In this document: piece after piece, positions 19,653-30,202 of the stretch
Numbering within the stretch: position 1 is the first letter of the stretch
How the letters are laid out: every line of letters begins with the position of its first letter
NCBI GenBank assembly: GCA_965243395.1
Contig: CBDEUS010000001.1
Span: forward strand, 64,001 to 128,000
Reading direction: 5' to 3'
Origin: Gammaproteobacteria bacterium
Lineage (GTDB): Bacteria > Pseudomonadota > Gammaproteobacteria > UBA4575
DNA: 64,000 nt
Program-made: the position numbers and the translations under genes
Notes under the pieces: model-generated
The model's database searches: none
The model's input: only the letters and a program-made list of their open reading frames with translations
What the model was told of the DNA's origin: nothing

Positions 19653-19865
19653 GGTGCAAAATGTTAGGCCTAAGTGACATTTTCGTCAACTAAAATTATG
19701 TACAAATGTAGTTAATATAAAATATAAAATTCACTGTAGAAATAGGGGTAATCGATATATAAAAATGTGATCATTGTAAAAGTAAAAAACATGGGTTTTT
19801 ACTTACACAAAATTTAGGTTAATTTTTGAGTGAATATGACTGGTAAATGATAGAATCAATAACAT

Positions 19866-20414
19866 ATGTCGCCTAAGTACGAACAAATTGAAGATGCACT
19901 TGCAACTGTGCAGTCACCCTATAGCCCGGAAGATTCTCATGGGATGCTGTGTGCAATGTTAGTAGTAAATAATTCCTTGCAATGCGCACGTTGGCTGGAT
20001 GAAATTTGTACACAAGGACATACCTTATCCTCCGAGCAACAAAATGTTCAAGATATACTCTGTGCACTTTACGAACACACTAAGCAAGAGTTAAACGACA
20101 CTATGCTAAGTTTTACGTTGTTAATCCCGGAAGAAAATAACAGTTTAAATGCACGTGTGTATGCGTTGAAGAAGTGGTGTGATGGCTTTTTATTTGGTTT
20201 AGCGCTGGCAGGTGTAAAAGATTTATCAAACGTGCCTGAAGACTCGATGGAAATTCTACAAGATATCACGAGCATTTCTCAGGCGGACGAGAATGGCGAA
20301 GAAGATGAAATGAATGAAGTCGCATATATGGATATTCTCGAATATGTGCGCATGGGCGTGCTGCTTATCAATGAAGAACTGCAGCCGATGAATCGTCCTC
20401 AGACCATTCAGTAA
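19866..20414 (+). CDS. ygfB: UPF0149 (YgfB) family protein
   Basis: SHGMLC, ALKKWCDGFLFG, EYVRMG; position before pepP. Confidence 0.88.
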   Translation: MSPKYEQIEDALATVQSPYSPEDSHGMLCAMLVVNNSLQCARWLDEICTQGHTLSSEQQNVQDILCALYEHTKQELNDTMLSFTLLIPEENNSLNARVYALKKWCDGFLFGLALAGVKDLSNVPEDSMEILQDITSISQADENGEEDEMNEVAYMDILEYVRMGVLLINEELQPMNRPQTIQ

Positions 20415-21740
20415 TTGCTCGTGTATTCAATTAGCCAAAAAGAGCTGATCAAGCGACGTAAAACGCTCATGCGTATGGTTGGTCACGACGGCGCAGCCAT
20501 TGTCCCATCTGCAAAATCGATACCAAGAAATCGTGATGTAGATTACATCTTTCGCCAAGATAGTGATTTTCTCTATTTAACCGGTTTTGATGAGCCTGAT
20601 TCACTTGCACTGCTTTTACCTGGGCATGCCAAAGGGCAATATATTTTATTTTGTCGTGAACGCAATTCTGAACAAGAAATATGGGATGGCCGCCGTGCGG
20701 GGCAAGAAGGAGCGGTTGAATTTTTTAATGCTGATATTGCGTACTCAATAGATGAAGTGGATGAGATGCTTCCTAAGTTATTAGCGGATCGTGAGCGCTT
20801 CTTTTATCCCATGGGTCGCGACACGAACTTTGATAAGCGTGTAATTAATTGGGTCAACCAATCTCGAGGTTCCGCACGTACAGCAAAACATGTACCACAT
20901 GAATTATTGTCACTTGATTATTTTGTACATGACATGCGTCTATATAAATCTCGTAGTGAGCTGACGTTAATGCGTCAAGCTGCAAAAGCCGCCATAGCTG
21001 GGCATACAAGAGCGATGCAAGCCTGTAAGCCCGGCATGTTTGAATACGAAGTAGAAGCGGAAATTTTATATGAGTTCAGAAAAGCGGGTTGTGTACCCGC
21101 ATATCCATCTATTGTAGGTGGAGGCGATAACGGTTGTATTTTGCATTATATTGAAAACAATCAAGAACTGAACGATGGCGATCTACTGTTAATTGATGCG
21201 GGGGCAGAGTATCAAGGTTATGCCAGCGATATAACACGCACATTTCCTGTAAACGGTACATTCTCAAAAGTGCAGCGTGAAGTGTATGAGGTGGTATTGG
21301 AAGCCCAAACTGCTGCAATTAAGAAAGTAAAACCGGGCAATCACTGGAATGATCCTCATCATGAGGCGGTAAAAGTGCTTACCAAAGGTCTTGTAAACTT
21401 AGGTTTATTAAAGGGTCGACCAACAAAGCTAATTAAAGATGAAGAATATCGACAGTTTTATATGCATCGCACCGGGCATTGGTTAGGGTTGGATGTGCAT
21501 GATGTAGGTGACTATCGGTTTGATGAAGAATGGCGTTTACTTGAACCAGGAATGACCCTCACTGTAGAGCCAGGTTTATATATTTCACAGGCGAAAGGCG
21601 TACCTAAACGGTTTTGGAATATTGGAATTCGTATTGAAGACGATGTACTCGTCACAAAAGAGGGAAGTCAAGTACTCACTGAAAAACTTACACGTGACCC
21701 TGATGAAATAGAAGCACTTATGGCTTCCTCTGCTCACTAA
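20415..21740 (+). CDS. pepP: Xaa-Pro aminopeptidase
   Basis: FRQDSDFLYLTG, LIDAG, SDITRTFP, GHWLGLDVHD, TVEPG, RIEDD. Confidence 0.97.
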   Translation: MLVYSISQKELIKRRKTLMRMVGHDGAAIVPSAKSIPRNRDVDYIFRQDSDFLYLTGFDEPDSLALLLPGHAKGQYILFCRERNSEQEIWDGRRAGQEGAVEFFNADIAYSIDEVDEMLPKLLADRERFFYPMGRDTNFDKRVINWVNQSRGSARTAKHVPHELLSLDYFVHDMRLYKSRSELTLMRQAAKAAIAGHTRAMQACKPGMFEYEVEAEILYEFRKAGCVPAYPSIVGGGDNGCILHYIENNQELNDGDLLLIDAGAEYQGYASDITRTFPVNGTFSKVQREVYEVVLEAQTAAIKKVKPGNHWNDPHHEAVKVLTKGLVNLGLLKGRPTKLIKDEEYRQFYMHRTGHWLGLDVHDVGDYRFDEEWRLLEPGMTLTVEPGLYISQAKGVPKRFWNIGIRIEDDVLVTKEGSQVLTEKLTRDPDEIEALMASSAH

Positions 21741-21750
21741 GCACGAAGCC

Positions 21751-22971
21751 ATGCCAAACCATTATGATATTGCAGTAGTAGGTAGTGGCTTAGTCGGCAG
21801 TAGTTTAGCCATAGCCTTAGCAAGATCTCTACCTTCCAAAAATAAAATTGCATTAATTGATTCTCAGCCGCTGGCTGAAATTCATCTCAATGCCCACCAA
21901 CATGATGGTCGGAGTATTGCTTTGGCCTTGTCATCTAAAAAAATGTTCGATGCTTTAGGATTGTGGGAATCTTTGCAACCGCATGCGACTGCAATTAAAA
22001 ACATCCATATCTCAGACCAGGGACGATTTGGAGCAACGCGTTTAGACAGCAAACGTTACGAAGTTGAAAGCTTTGGCTATTTAGTGCCAGCAGATTATTT
22101 AATTCATACCTTGAATGATTCTGTAGATGCATTGAAAAATGTAGCTCGATTCCAACCCTATGAAGTATCGTCAGTCGATAATTTGTCTGATCATGTAGCG
22201 CTAAATAAACAATCAAATAATACTATTGAAGCAAATTTGCTCATCGCTGCAGATGGTGCGAATTCATTTATACGTAAAGCTTTGAATATCGATATTGAAG
22301 AAAAACAATATCAGCAGTCTGCCATTGTTGGCAGTGTTGAATGCGAGCAACATCACAACAACACGGCGTATGAACGTTTCACGCAAGACGGTCCTTTGGC
22401 GTTGTTGCCTAAACAAGGAAGTCACTGTGGTTTTATTTGGATGAATTCTACAAATTCGGCGAAAATTAATTTAGCACTAGACGATCAGGATTTTAAAGAC
22501 AAGCTGCAATCTGCTTTTGGTTTTCGTTTGGGTTATTTCAAAAATATTAGTAAACGTTATTCCTATCCGCTTGCATTACTAGTGAGTCAACAACGTGTGC
22601 AACAACGGGCTGTGTTGATTGGTAATGCTGCACAAACCTTGCATCCGATAGCGGGTCAAGGCTTGAATCTTGCTTTGCGTGATATTGCCGAACTAGTAGA
22701 ATTATTAGCTGAGAACGATCTAAATAATATTGATAAACAGCTATTAAAATATGCAGAAAAGCGTCAACCCGATATTGAAAAAACTATTCGCTTTACCGAC
22801 CGTTTAAATTTCTTATTCAATGCAGATTATCCCTTGCTCGCGCAATCGCGCGGGTTAGGCTTAGCGATGCTGGGTGCGATTCCCATTTTGGAAGAACGCA
22901 TAGTAAAACAAAATTTAGGTGAAGCAGGCTCTAGTTCCAGCTTGCTTAGGGGAGAAGCAGTTAACTTATGA
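21751..22971 (+). CDS. ubiH: 2-octaprenyl-6-methoxyphenol hydroxylase
   Basis: GSGLVG, AADGANS, GNAAQTLHPIAGQGLNL; synteny with pepP. Confidence 0.9.
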   Translation: MPNHYDIAVVGSGLVGSSLAIALARSLPSKNKIALIDSQPLAEIHLNAHQHDGRSIALALSSKKMFDALGLWESLQPHATAIKNIHISDQGRFGATRLDSKRYEVESFGYLVPADYLIHTLNDSVDALKNVARFQPYEVSSVDNLSDHVALNKQSNNTIEANLLIAADGANSFIRKALNIDIEEKQYQQSAIVGSVECEQHHNNTAYERFTQDGPLALLPKQGSHCGFIWMNSTNSAKINLALDDQDFKDKLQSAFGFRLGYFKNISKRYSYPLALLVSQQRVQQRAVLIGNAAQTLHPIAGQGLNLALRDIAELVELLAENDLNNIDKQLLKYAEKRQPDIEKTIRFTDRLNFLFNADYPLLAQSRGLGLAMLGAIPILEERIVKQNLGEAGSSSSLLRGEAVNL

Positions 22972-24173
22972 CTCGTAAACAATATAATGTCGATGTAGTT
23001 GTAGTGGGCGCAGGTATGGTGGGGTTGACACTTGCAAATTTGTTAGCTCAACAAGGCAAATCAATTGCAGTAATTGATCGCAGCAACATTGCGGATTTTA
23101 ATGATGGTCAACCATATGAAGCACGTGTTACGGCCGTAAGTCCCGGTTCACAGGCCATTTTTGAACATGTAAATGCATGGAAGCTTATGCAGGCTAAACG
23201 CATCTCTCCTTTTACGGATATGCATGTGTGGGATGAGGCTGGAGAGGCAAAAATACATTTTAGTGCCAAGGAATTGCAAAGGGATATTCTAGGACATATC
23301 GTTGAAAACCGTGTGATTCAAACCAGTTTGTACGAAGCGTTGCAACAACAGGCTAATACTGAATGGTTGCTGGCTGAACAAATAAGTAAAGCACTCGTTC
23401 ATCAAGATCATTCTGAAGTAGTATTAGATAGTGATAAATCCATTTCTGCAAAATTAGTGGTGGGTGCAGATGGCGGGCGTTCCATTATCAGAAATCTTGC
23501 AGGGATTAACTATCAAGAAAAAAGTTACCAACAAATGGGCTTGGTAGCATTAGTAGAAACAGAACATTCACATGCAAATACTGCATGGCAACGTTTTTTA
23601 AGTACAGGTCCTGTTGCGTTATTACCTTTAAGTAATGGCGAATGCTCTATCGTATGGTCTGTCAGTGAAGACTATGCTGATGAACTTATGAAACTGAATG
23701 AAAATGAGTTTGCTGAAGCACTTGCTCAAGCGAGTGAAATGAAGCTAGGGAGTATCAGTCTAAAATCTAAATGTACTGCCTTTCCATTAATTTCTGGTCA
23801 AGCCGATACTATGATTCAACCTCGTATTGCGTTGGTAGGAGATGCGGCACATGCCCTACACCCGTTAGCTGGGCAGGGTGCGAACTTAGGACTTACCGAT
23901 GCTGCTGTATTGGCAGATGTATTAACTAATACGGATCGCGATTTAGGTAGTGTAAAAGTATTACGCAAATATGAACGCGCGAGAGTCGGGGAAACACAAA
24001 TTATGCAAAAAGCCATGGATGGATTTGTTACTGCTTTTGGTTCTACCAATCAAGCAATCGTAACAGCAAGAAATGCAGCTTTACGAACAGCTGACTCACT
24101 TCAGCCTATTAAGAAGTTTTTTATGACGCATGCAATGGGACTAAGTAAAGATCGACCCACATACGCACGATAA
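22968..24173 (+). CDS. ubiI: UbiI/VisC-type FAD-dependent hydroxylase
   Basis: GAGMVG, GHIVENR, GADG, GDAAHALHPLAGQGANLG; follows ubiH. Confidence 0.8.
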   Translation: MTRKQYNVDVVVVGAGMVGLTLANLLAQQGKSIAVIDRSNIADFNDGQPYEARVTAVSPGSQAIFEHVNAWKLMQAKRISPFTDMHVWDEAGEAKIHFSAKELQRDILGHIVENRVIQTSLYEALQQQANTEWLLAEQISKALVHQDHSEVVLDSDKSISAKLVVGADGGRSIIRNLAGINYQEKSYQQMGLVALVETEHSHANTAWQRFLSTGPVALLPLSNGECSIVWSVSEDYADELMKLNENEFAEALAQASEMKLGSISLKSKCTAFPLISGQADTMIQPRIALVGDAAHALHPLAGQGANLGLTDAAVLADVLTNTDRDLGSVKVLRKYERARVGETQIMQKAMDGFVTAFGSTNQAIVTARNAALRTADSLQPIKKFFMTHAMGLSKDRPTYAR

Positions 24174-24214
24174 AAATTTGTTGGCAGGTTGGGAATATTA
24201 ATTAAGCTCTTTAA

Positions 24215-24244
24215 AATGACTGCTTTTGACTGAAAGCGGATAAC
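24215..24244 (+). repeat. 30-bp palindromic repeat, degenerate copy
   Basis: AATGACTGCTTT-TGACTG-AAAGCGGATAAC aligns without gaps to the 52-54 kb copies. Confidence 0.75.
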
Positions 24245-24366
24245 TTAAAATCATTAATTTTCTAATAAATTCAATTATTACAATAGCATCAATATTTAAT
24301 GTTAGATTATAATTAAATTTAATCATAAATAACGTTCAACTTACATAATTTGAATCGTAAGGATCA

Positions 24367-25161
24367 ATGCTAAACATGAAAAAACTTATGTATCTGGTTC
24401 TCAGTATTATATTACTAGGGAGCTCACTCACATCTCATGCAAACACCCTGGAAAACGTTCTTAAAACTGGAACAATGCGTATTGGCGTTTCTCTATACGA
24501 ACCGTGGGTGATCAAAAATAAAAAAGGAGAGTTGGATGGCTATGAAATTCAAATCGCTAAGCAGCTCGCAAATGATTTAGGAGTTACTCCCGAATTCAAA
24601 GTCATTGACTGGGAAGTTTTGATAAATGAATTAGAACATAATGCAATAGACATAATTATTGCAGGTATGGCGATTACGCCAGAACGTGCGCTTCGAATAA
24701 ATTTTTCTAACCCCTATTCTAGCTCTGGGATCAGCATTGCTGCGTGTTTAGCACAGACAGAAAATATGGATTCGCTGAGTGAACTAAATGATTCAAAAAT
24801 TACGATCGGAGCGGTTTCCAATACCGTCTCTGAAGAACTCGCACGGCGTTTTTTTAATAAAGCTAAAATAAAATCCTTTACTAAAAGCGAGGATGCGATA
24901 AATGCTGTAGTTGATGGAGAAATTCACGCCTTGGTTGAATCCTCCCCGGTTCCGGAATTTTTAGCTATGAAACATCCAGAACAAGTAGATGTCCCGCTTA
25001 GCAAACCATTACTAAGCTACAAGACTGGGATGGCGGTGAATAAAGGAGAGCAAGAATTTTTAAATTATTTAAATGCCTGGATTACTGCTAGAGATGCGGA
25101 CGGGTGGTTATCTGCTAAACATAAGTACTGGTTTGAATCGTTGGATTGGAAAAAGGATTGA
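24367..25161 (+). CDS. Amino-acid ABC transporter substrate-binding protein (family 3), orphan
   Basis: Signal peptide, GELDGYEIQIAKQLA, DIIIAGMAITPERA, FSNPY. Confidence 0.9.
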   Translation: MLNMKKLMYLVLSIILLGSSLTSHANTLENVLKTGTMRIGVSLYEPWVIKNKKGELDGYEIQIAKQLANDLGVTPEFKVIDWEVLINELEHNAIDIIIAGMAITPERALRINFSNPYSSSGISIAACLAQTENMDSLSELNDSKITIGAVSNTVSEELARRFFNKAKIKSFTKSEDAINAVVDGEIHALVESSPVPEFLAMKHPEQVDVPLSKPLLSYKTGMAVNKGEQEFLNYLNAWITARDADGWLSAKHKYWFESLDWKKD

Positions 25162-25164
25162 TTT

Positions 25165-25524
25165 TTGTTTGCAGGTTTTCTAAATATCGAATTATCGAAT
25201 AGAGAATATTTCTATGTACTCTCAGCGTTATTACTAATTTCTTCAATTGTAATTGCTGATCCAAATTCGCAGCTCAATCTACCGGATGATTTTGAACAGT
25301 TATCAGTAGATGAAGTATTTATGCGAGGGGACAAGCAGAAAGATGTAGAAGAAAATGAGTGGCGCAAATCCAAAAAGGAATCCGATAAATCAAATGTTCG
25401 TTGGGGTGCTAAATCTATATACGAAGATCAAAAAGATATAGATCCATTTTTTTCAACCTCAAATAATTCTAATGACATAAGTGATGTTCCTGAGGCTACA
25501 CGGCAAATCCAGATCAAGTTTTAG
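25165..25524 (+). CDS. Hypothetical secreted protein
   Basis: Hydrophobic signal-like stretch; start codon uncertain. Confidence 0.5.
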   Translation: MFAGFLNIELSNREYFYVLSALLLISSIVIADPNSQLNLPDDFEQLSVDEVFMRGDKQKDVEENEWRKSKKESDKSNVRWGAKSIYEDQKDIDPFFSTSNNSNDISDVPEATRQIQIKF

Positions 25525-25611
25525 TTATTTAAATTTCAAATTTATATTCATAATATGTCCGATTCAGCAATTCTCAGTGGTCGAGACGAACATTCGTGAA
25601 TTAAGTATTTA

Positions 25612-26721
25612 ATGCATAAAACTTTATCTTATCTCGTTTTTTGTGTTCTATTTATACATGTATTTACAATTGTAAATGCACGTACTCCGCCAAAAGAAGC
25701 GATTGATGCATGTAAAAACGTTAGTTCTGGTGATCAATGTGCCTTCAAAACACCGCATGGAAGAATAACAGGAGTATGTCGTAATCCTCCCAATCAATCG
25801 CAATTGGCTTGTATACCTTCTAGAGGAAATCAAAATAGAGGTGATAATCCTGTTCTACAATCAGATAATCAAAACCAACGCCCGAATACAAGACAACACA
25901 CAATTAATCAGTCATCTGGAATCATAGAAGCTGTCCCTGCAACAACTCACCCATCGATAAAAAGTAATCTAGATATTTCTTTACAAGGTGACACTCGCGT
26001 ACTCAGAGCAAATGGTATTCCACAACATGATACAGGAGTATTTCCAAATAGTGAGAATCCACACAGAATACAAGAACAAAATTACGTTTATAAAATTAAT
26101 GTTAAACCTACACCTAATAATTTTTTCGCTCCACTAGGAATGCATAATTTCGGATTAGCAGTTAATGGGGTCCCTTTTGATCCTGGTGCGGCTGAATGGT
26201 ACTTAGGAAATAGAAACAGTGAATGGCAATATGAACCAATGTCTGGTGCCATACGTTTAGGCTTAGATGAAAATCATGCACATGTACAACCTAGTGGAGC
26301 ATATCATTACCACGGAATACCCACATTATTACTAGATAGCTTGGATGTTAATGGTTCTTCGCATTCTCCCTTGATTGGATGGGCTGCAGATGGATTTCCT
26401 ATATATGCAATCTACGGATATGAAAATCCACAAGATATTGATTCAAAAGTAATAAAAATGACGTCAAGCTATTCGCTACGCACGGGTAATAGACCGAGTG
26501 GCGCAGGCAATCCTGGTGGCAAATTTGATGGCACTTTTATAAATGATTATGTTTATGTTGAAGGAGCAGGGATTCTTGATATGTGCAATGGCCGCATGAC
26601 TGCAACACCTGATTTTCCAGAAGGAACTTATGCTTACTATATATCAGAGTTCTGGCCAATAATTCCCAGATGTTATAAAGGTACACCCTCAAAAGATTTT
26701 ACCCATCAACGTGCACGTTGA
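25612..26721 (+). CDS. YHYH domain protein with N-terminal Cys-rich module
   Basis: Signal peptide; NGIPQH, AHVQPSGAYHYHG, IGWAADGFPIY, LDMCNG, YAYY. Confidence 0.88.
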   Translation: MHKTLSYLVFCVLFIHVFTIVNARTPPKEAIDACKNVSSGDQCAFKTPHGRITGVCRNPPNQSQLACIPSRGNQNRGDNPVLQSDNQNQRPNTRQHTINQSSGIIEAVPATTHPSIKSNLDISLQGDTRVLRANGIPQHDTGVFPNSENPHRIQEQNYVYKINVKPTPNNFFAPLGMHNFGLAVNGVPFDPGAAEWYLGNRNSEWQYEPMSGAIRLGLDENHAHVQPSGAYHYHGIPTLLLDSLDVNGSSHSPLIGWAADGFPIYAIYGYENPQDIDSKVIKMTSSYSLRTGNRPSGAGNPGGKFDGTFINDYVYVEGAGILDMCNGRMTATPDFPEGTYAYYISEFWPIIPRCYKGTPSKDFTHQRAR

Positions 26722-27083
26722 TTAATTCGCACATCAGATTTAATTTGTTTATCTACTCAAGGACGAGAGTAGCGTTCATTCGTATGAAAAAATTTTGTTA
26801 ATAAGTAATTTTGTTACGAATATTGCACACAAAATAATTCCAAAAAATATTACGAAGTTGGAAATAAATTCTTGTATATACACGTATAATATCCGGTAGT
26901 TAATTTAAATGAACAATCAATCTATAATATTAAAACTGAAATTTATTAATATTGAACTACATTATTAAATCTTTTGTTACACTACAATTCGTATTTATTT
27001 TAGTAGTTGTTCGGATTTATCGATTAAAAAAATAATTGTTTGATTTATGTTTTGAATCTATATTTCGTTCATTCCAAAATTAA

Positions 27084-27449
27084 ATGAAAGCATTATTTAT
27101 TTCATTCCCTGCATCAGATTATCAATCTAGTAAACAGTTCTATGAGGAAGCGGTCGGATTACCAATAGATCGTGAATTTGATGGCATGCCGCATAGATTT
27201 ACAAATTATGATCTTGGAGAAATTAAGCTAAAACTATTTGAATGGAAAGAAAAATGGTATGGAAGTGGTCATTCAGGTCTTTTTATTGAAACTAGTGAAC
27301 TTGATAAAACAGTTAAACATATACGAGATCTAGGCGGTAAGACTACAGAAATCACAGTTCATGAGTGGGGAGGCCGATGCTGTTCGATAACCGACCCTTT
27401 TGGCAATATTTTTGATTTAATTGATTCGAACAAAAAAGGTAACGCATAG
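27084..27449 (+). CDS. VOC/glyoxalase family protein
   Basis: SKQFYEEAVGL, WGGRCCSITDPFGN. Confidence 0.85.
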   Translation: MKALFISFPASDYQSSKQFYEEAVGLPIDREFDGMPHRFTNYDLGEIKLKLFEWKEKWYGSGHSGLFIETSELDKTVKHIRDLGGKTTEITVHEWGGRCCSITDPFGNIFDLIDSNKKGNA

Positions 27450-27470
27450 TGTTTTTTGAGATATCACTAG

Positions 27471-27500
27471 AATCACTGCTATTGGCCGTAAAAAGACATA
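27471..27500 (+). repeat. 30-bp palindromic repeat, degenerate copy
   Basis: AATCACTGCTAT-TGGCCG-TAAAAAGACATA, 21 nt after the VOC stop; shares CTGCTATTGGCCG with the 53750 copy. Confidence 0.72.
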
Positions 27501-27645
27501 ATTTACACCGCTGAAGGGGAAGAAGGTTGGAAATATCAAATCTTTTCTTCAATATATTTCGTCATGACTCTGATATTCAATAATTAATTAGCTTTCAAAT
27601 TGAAAAGTAATGTTTCGACTAATCAAACCTAAAAGAGACCAAACG

Positions 27646-28074
27646 ATGAATAAAGTCTTAATATTAACCATATTTTGCTTCATATCTGCAAGTGTTTATG
27701 GAGGTAGCTTTAAATCAAGTTACGATTCCAGAAGTTCAGTCGTTGCCACTGTTGAAATTGAAAATGAAGGAGTTTACAACTTGATTGCATCTGTTCAGTT
27801 TTTGAGAATTCCGTATGACACTAAAATTTATAAAGATGATGGGTATGAGGATTTAATAAATCGTCTTTCTGTAGAGTGGCGCGGGGTTGCATTAAATGTA
27901 ATATTGCAATCCAATAAATACAAAATTAGCGATCTATCAGCTCTACAAGAAAACATTGATGCTGCATTATTAGAACTAATTAATTCAACAAGATCAAAAT
28001 ACAAAATTAGTAATAAAGCTGAGGTTGTTTATTCGATAACTAGTATGTATATAGTTAAACCTAGCAATGATTAG
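27646..28074 (+). CDS. Hypothetical secreted protein
   Basis: MNKVLILTIFCFISASVYG signal peptide from ATG 27646. Confidence 0.7.
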   Translation: MNKVLILTIFCFISASVYGGSFKSSYDSRSSVVATVEIENEGVYNLIASVQFLRIPYDTKIYKDDGYEDLINRLSVEWRGVALNVILQSNKYKISDLSALQENIDAALLELINSTRSKYKISNKAEVVYSITSMYIVKPSND

Positions 28075-28143
28075 GAGAAGTTTTTATATTGAAATAACAT
28101 CCATGTTGTTGCTCTTATTCGCTGATCCCTGCGTTCACTAAAA

Positions 28144-28575
28144 TTAATTATTAAGGTCTTTATCGAGCTCTTTTGAACATTTAATAAAATGATCTCTTGA
28201 GCTTTGAACCATCGCAATAACTTCCTCTCTTGTTGTATTGCCAGCTTCAATGTCCTGTTTCATGAGTTCATTTACATCTATGGTAACTTCTTTGAGACCT
28301 TTGCCTGCTAATACTGGATTTACAGTTGCAGCTTGGTATTTTTCAGGGTAGTAGCTGAGAATCTCCACTTGGCAATTCGCCATGCCGCTAGCAAGAAAGT
28401 CTAATGTAGCATCAGGATCCTCTTGGCGCTCTAGTATAGGCGCAATTTGCTTTTCCAAAATTGGTTTTATTTGTTCGATATAGGCTTTTTTATATTTTTC
28501 TAAATCTAATTCTTCGGCAAACACAAAACCTGAAATATAAAAAACGAATAAAAACAAAATAAGCTTATACTTCAT
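28144..28575 (-). CDS. Hypothetical secreted protein
   Basis: Signal peptide ending VFA; start overlaps the tupA stop. Confidence 0.7.
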   Translation of the reverse strand: MKYKLILFLFVFYISGFVFAEELDLEKYKKAYIEQIKPILEKQIAPILERQEDPDATLDFLASGMANCQVEILSYYPEKYQAATVNPVLAGKGLKEVTIDVNELMKQDIEAGNTTREEVIAMVQSSRDHFIKCSKELDKDLNN

Positions 28576-29432
28576 AATTGTTCGTCATCGTAATATTTCA
28601 ATACTGAAGTAGCAATTTCTCGCTGGGCGTTGGGAAAGAAAAGTTGCTGACCTTCGAGGGTAAAATCAGCAATGGCTTGCTGGCCTTCAGCAGAAGTAAG
28701 CCAGTTCGAAAATAATTTAGCTTCTTTGTGTTTGATATGATCATGTCGCTCAGGGTTTACTAGGATTATTCCATATTGATTGAATAATGGTGGATCATTT
28801 TCAAAAAGCAATGTTAGCTGATCACGATTTTTAAAAGACAACCATGTGCCTCGGTCTGACATTGTGTAAGCGCTCATAGCATTCGCTATATTTAATGTAG
28901 CACCCATACCGGCACCCGCTTCGCGATACCAGTCGCCACTGTATGCATCAATATCAACTCCAGTAAGTCTCCAAAGCTCGCGTTCTTTTTTATGTGTACC
29001 GCTATCATCTCCTCGTGAGACGAAAGGAATCCCACTTCGGCTGATCAATTTGAATGCATCTGCTGCTTTTTTTAATCGCTTGATGTCTGCCGGGTCATTT
29101 TTAGGCCCGATGATTACATAGTCGTTATACATTACATCACGACGCTCAACACCAAAGCCTTTTGAAATGAATGTTTCTTCAGAAGGTTTGTGATGTACTA
29201 AAACTATATCTGCATCTCCACGTTCACCTAGAAGCAATGCTCGCCCTGTACCCACGGCTATTACGCGCACATCAATACCTGTTTTATTTTTAAACTTAGG
29301 AATTAAATATTCCAATAAGCCAGAATTATCTGTGGAGGTAGTAGAGGAGAGAGTGATAAATATCTCATCTTCAGCTAAAACAGCATTGGTATTTAGTAGT
29401 AATACAAGTATAAAAATTAAAGTCCGTTTCAT
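28572..29432 (-). CDS. tupA: Tungstate ABC transporter substrate-binding protein
   Basis: STTSTDNSGLL (TTTS-type motif), AVGTGRAL, SRGDDSGTH, DRGTW. Confidence 0.9.
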   Translation of the reverse strand: MKRTLIFILVLLLNTNAVLAEDEIFITLSSTTSTDNSGLLEYLIPKFKNKTGIDVRVIAVGTGRALLLGERGDADIVLVHHKPSEETFISKGFGVERRDVMYNDYVIIGPKNDPADIKRLKKAADAFKLISRSGIPFVSRGDDSGTHKKERELWRLTGVDIDAYSGDWYREAGAGMGATLNIANAMSAYTMSDRGTWLSFKNRDQLTLLFENDPPLFNQYGIILVNPERHDHIKHKEAKLFSNWLTSAEGQQAIADFTLEGQQLFFPNAQREIATSVLKYYDDEQL

Positions 29433-30202
29433 TTCTCGATGGTTCCTGTTAATAGTTTTCCGTCAATAAAGTCTCTTGCAGTTTGTGTTTGAGCGTGTTT
29501 GAAAAAGTCATTTGCCGGAGTGTGTTCGACTAGTTTTCCTTGATGAAAAAATAATATATCGTTCGCAAGCCTATGTGCTTGCCCTAAGTCATGTGTAGTC
29601 ATGATTATTTTAGTGCCTTGTTCTGCAATTGTCTTGATTAAACGTTCAATCGCCGCAGTACCACTAGGGTCTAATTCTGCTGTGGGTTCGTCCAGTAAAA
29701 TGGCTTTAGGTTGCAATATCCAAGCTCGGGCAATATTTAATCGTTGTTGTTCTCCTCCTGATAGCACGCGGGCATTACGTTCAGCCAGAGAAGATAGTCC
29801 AGTGTAATTTAGAGCTGAATCAATGAGTGAATCATAGTCATTTTTATCCACGTCATGCAAAGACAATACATATTCTAAATTAGCACGTACACTGCGTCTT
29901 AATAACACGGGCTTTTGGAAAATATAAGCACGCCACGATTGTTGAGGCTGCGGAACAGTAGAATTCCATTTCAAGCTACCTTGTGTTGGGGTTTCTAAAC
30001 CATGCGCTGTACGTAACAATAAACTTTTACCTGCACCATTCGGCCCGAGAATGATGGTTATATCCTTAGACTCAATTTTAAGCGAAACATCGTTTAATAA
30101 CAGATTGCCTTTCTTAGCAATCTCTAAATTCTTCACCTGTAAAGGCAAAATATTTATTTCATTCGTGTTAGCTATGATATTGGTATGCAGCATGTTTAGC
30201 AC
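29429..30202 (-). CDS. tupC: Tungstate ABC transporter ATP-binding protein
   Basis: GPNGAGKS, LSGGEQQR, LLDEPT; start uncertain. Confidence 0.85.
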   Translation of the reverse strand: MLNMLHTNIIANTNEINILPLQVKNLEIAKKGNLLLNDVSLKIESKDITIILGPNGAGKSLLLRTAHGLETPTQGSLKWNSTVPQPQQSWRAYIFQKPVLLRRSVRANLEYVLSLHDVDKNDYDSLIDSALNYTGLSSLAERNARVLSGGEQQRLNIARAWILQPKAILLDEPTAELDPSGTAAIERLIKTIAEQGTKIIMTTHDLGQAHRLANDILFFHQGKLVEHTPANDFFKHAQTQTARDFIDGKLLTGTIEK

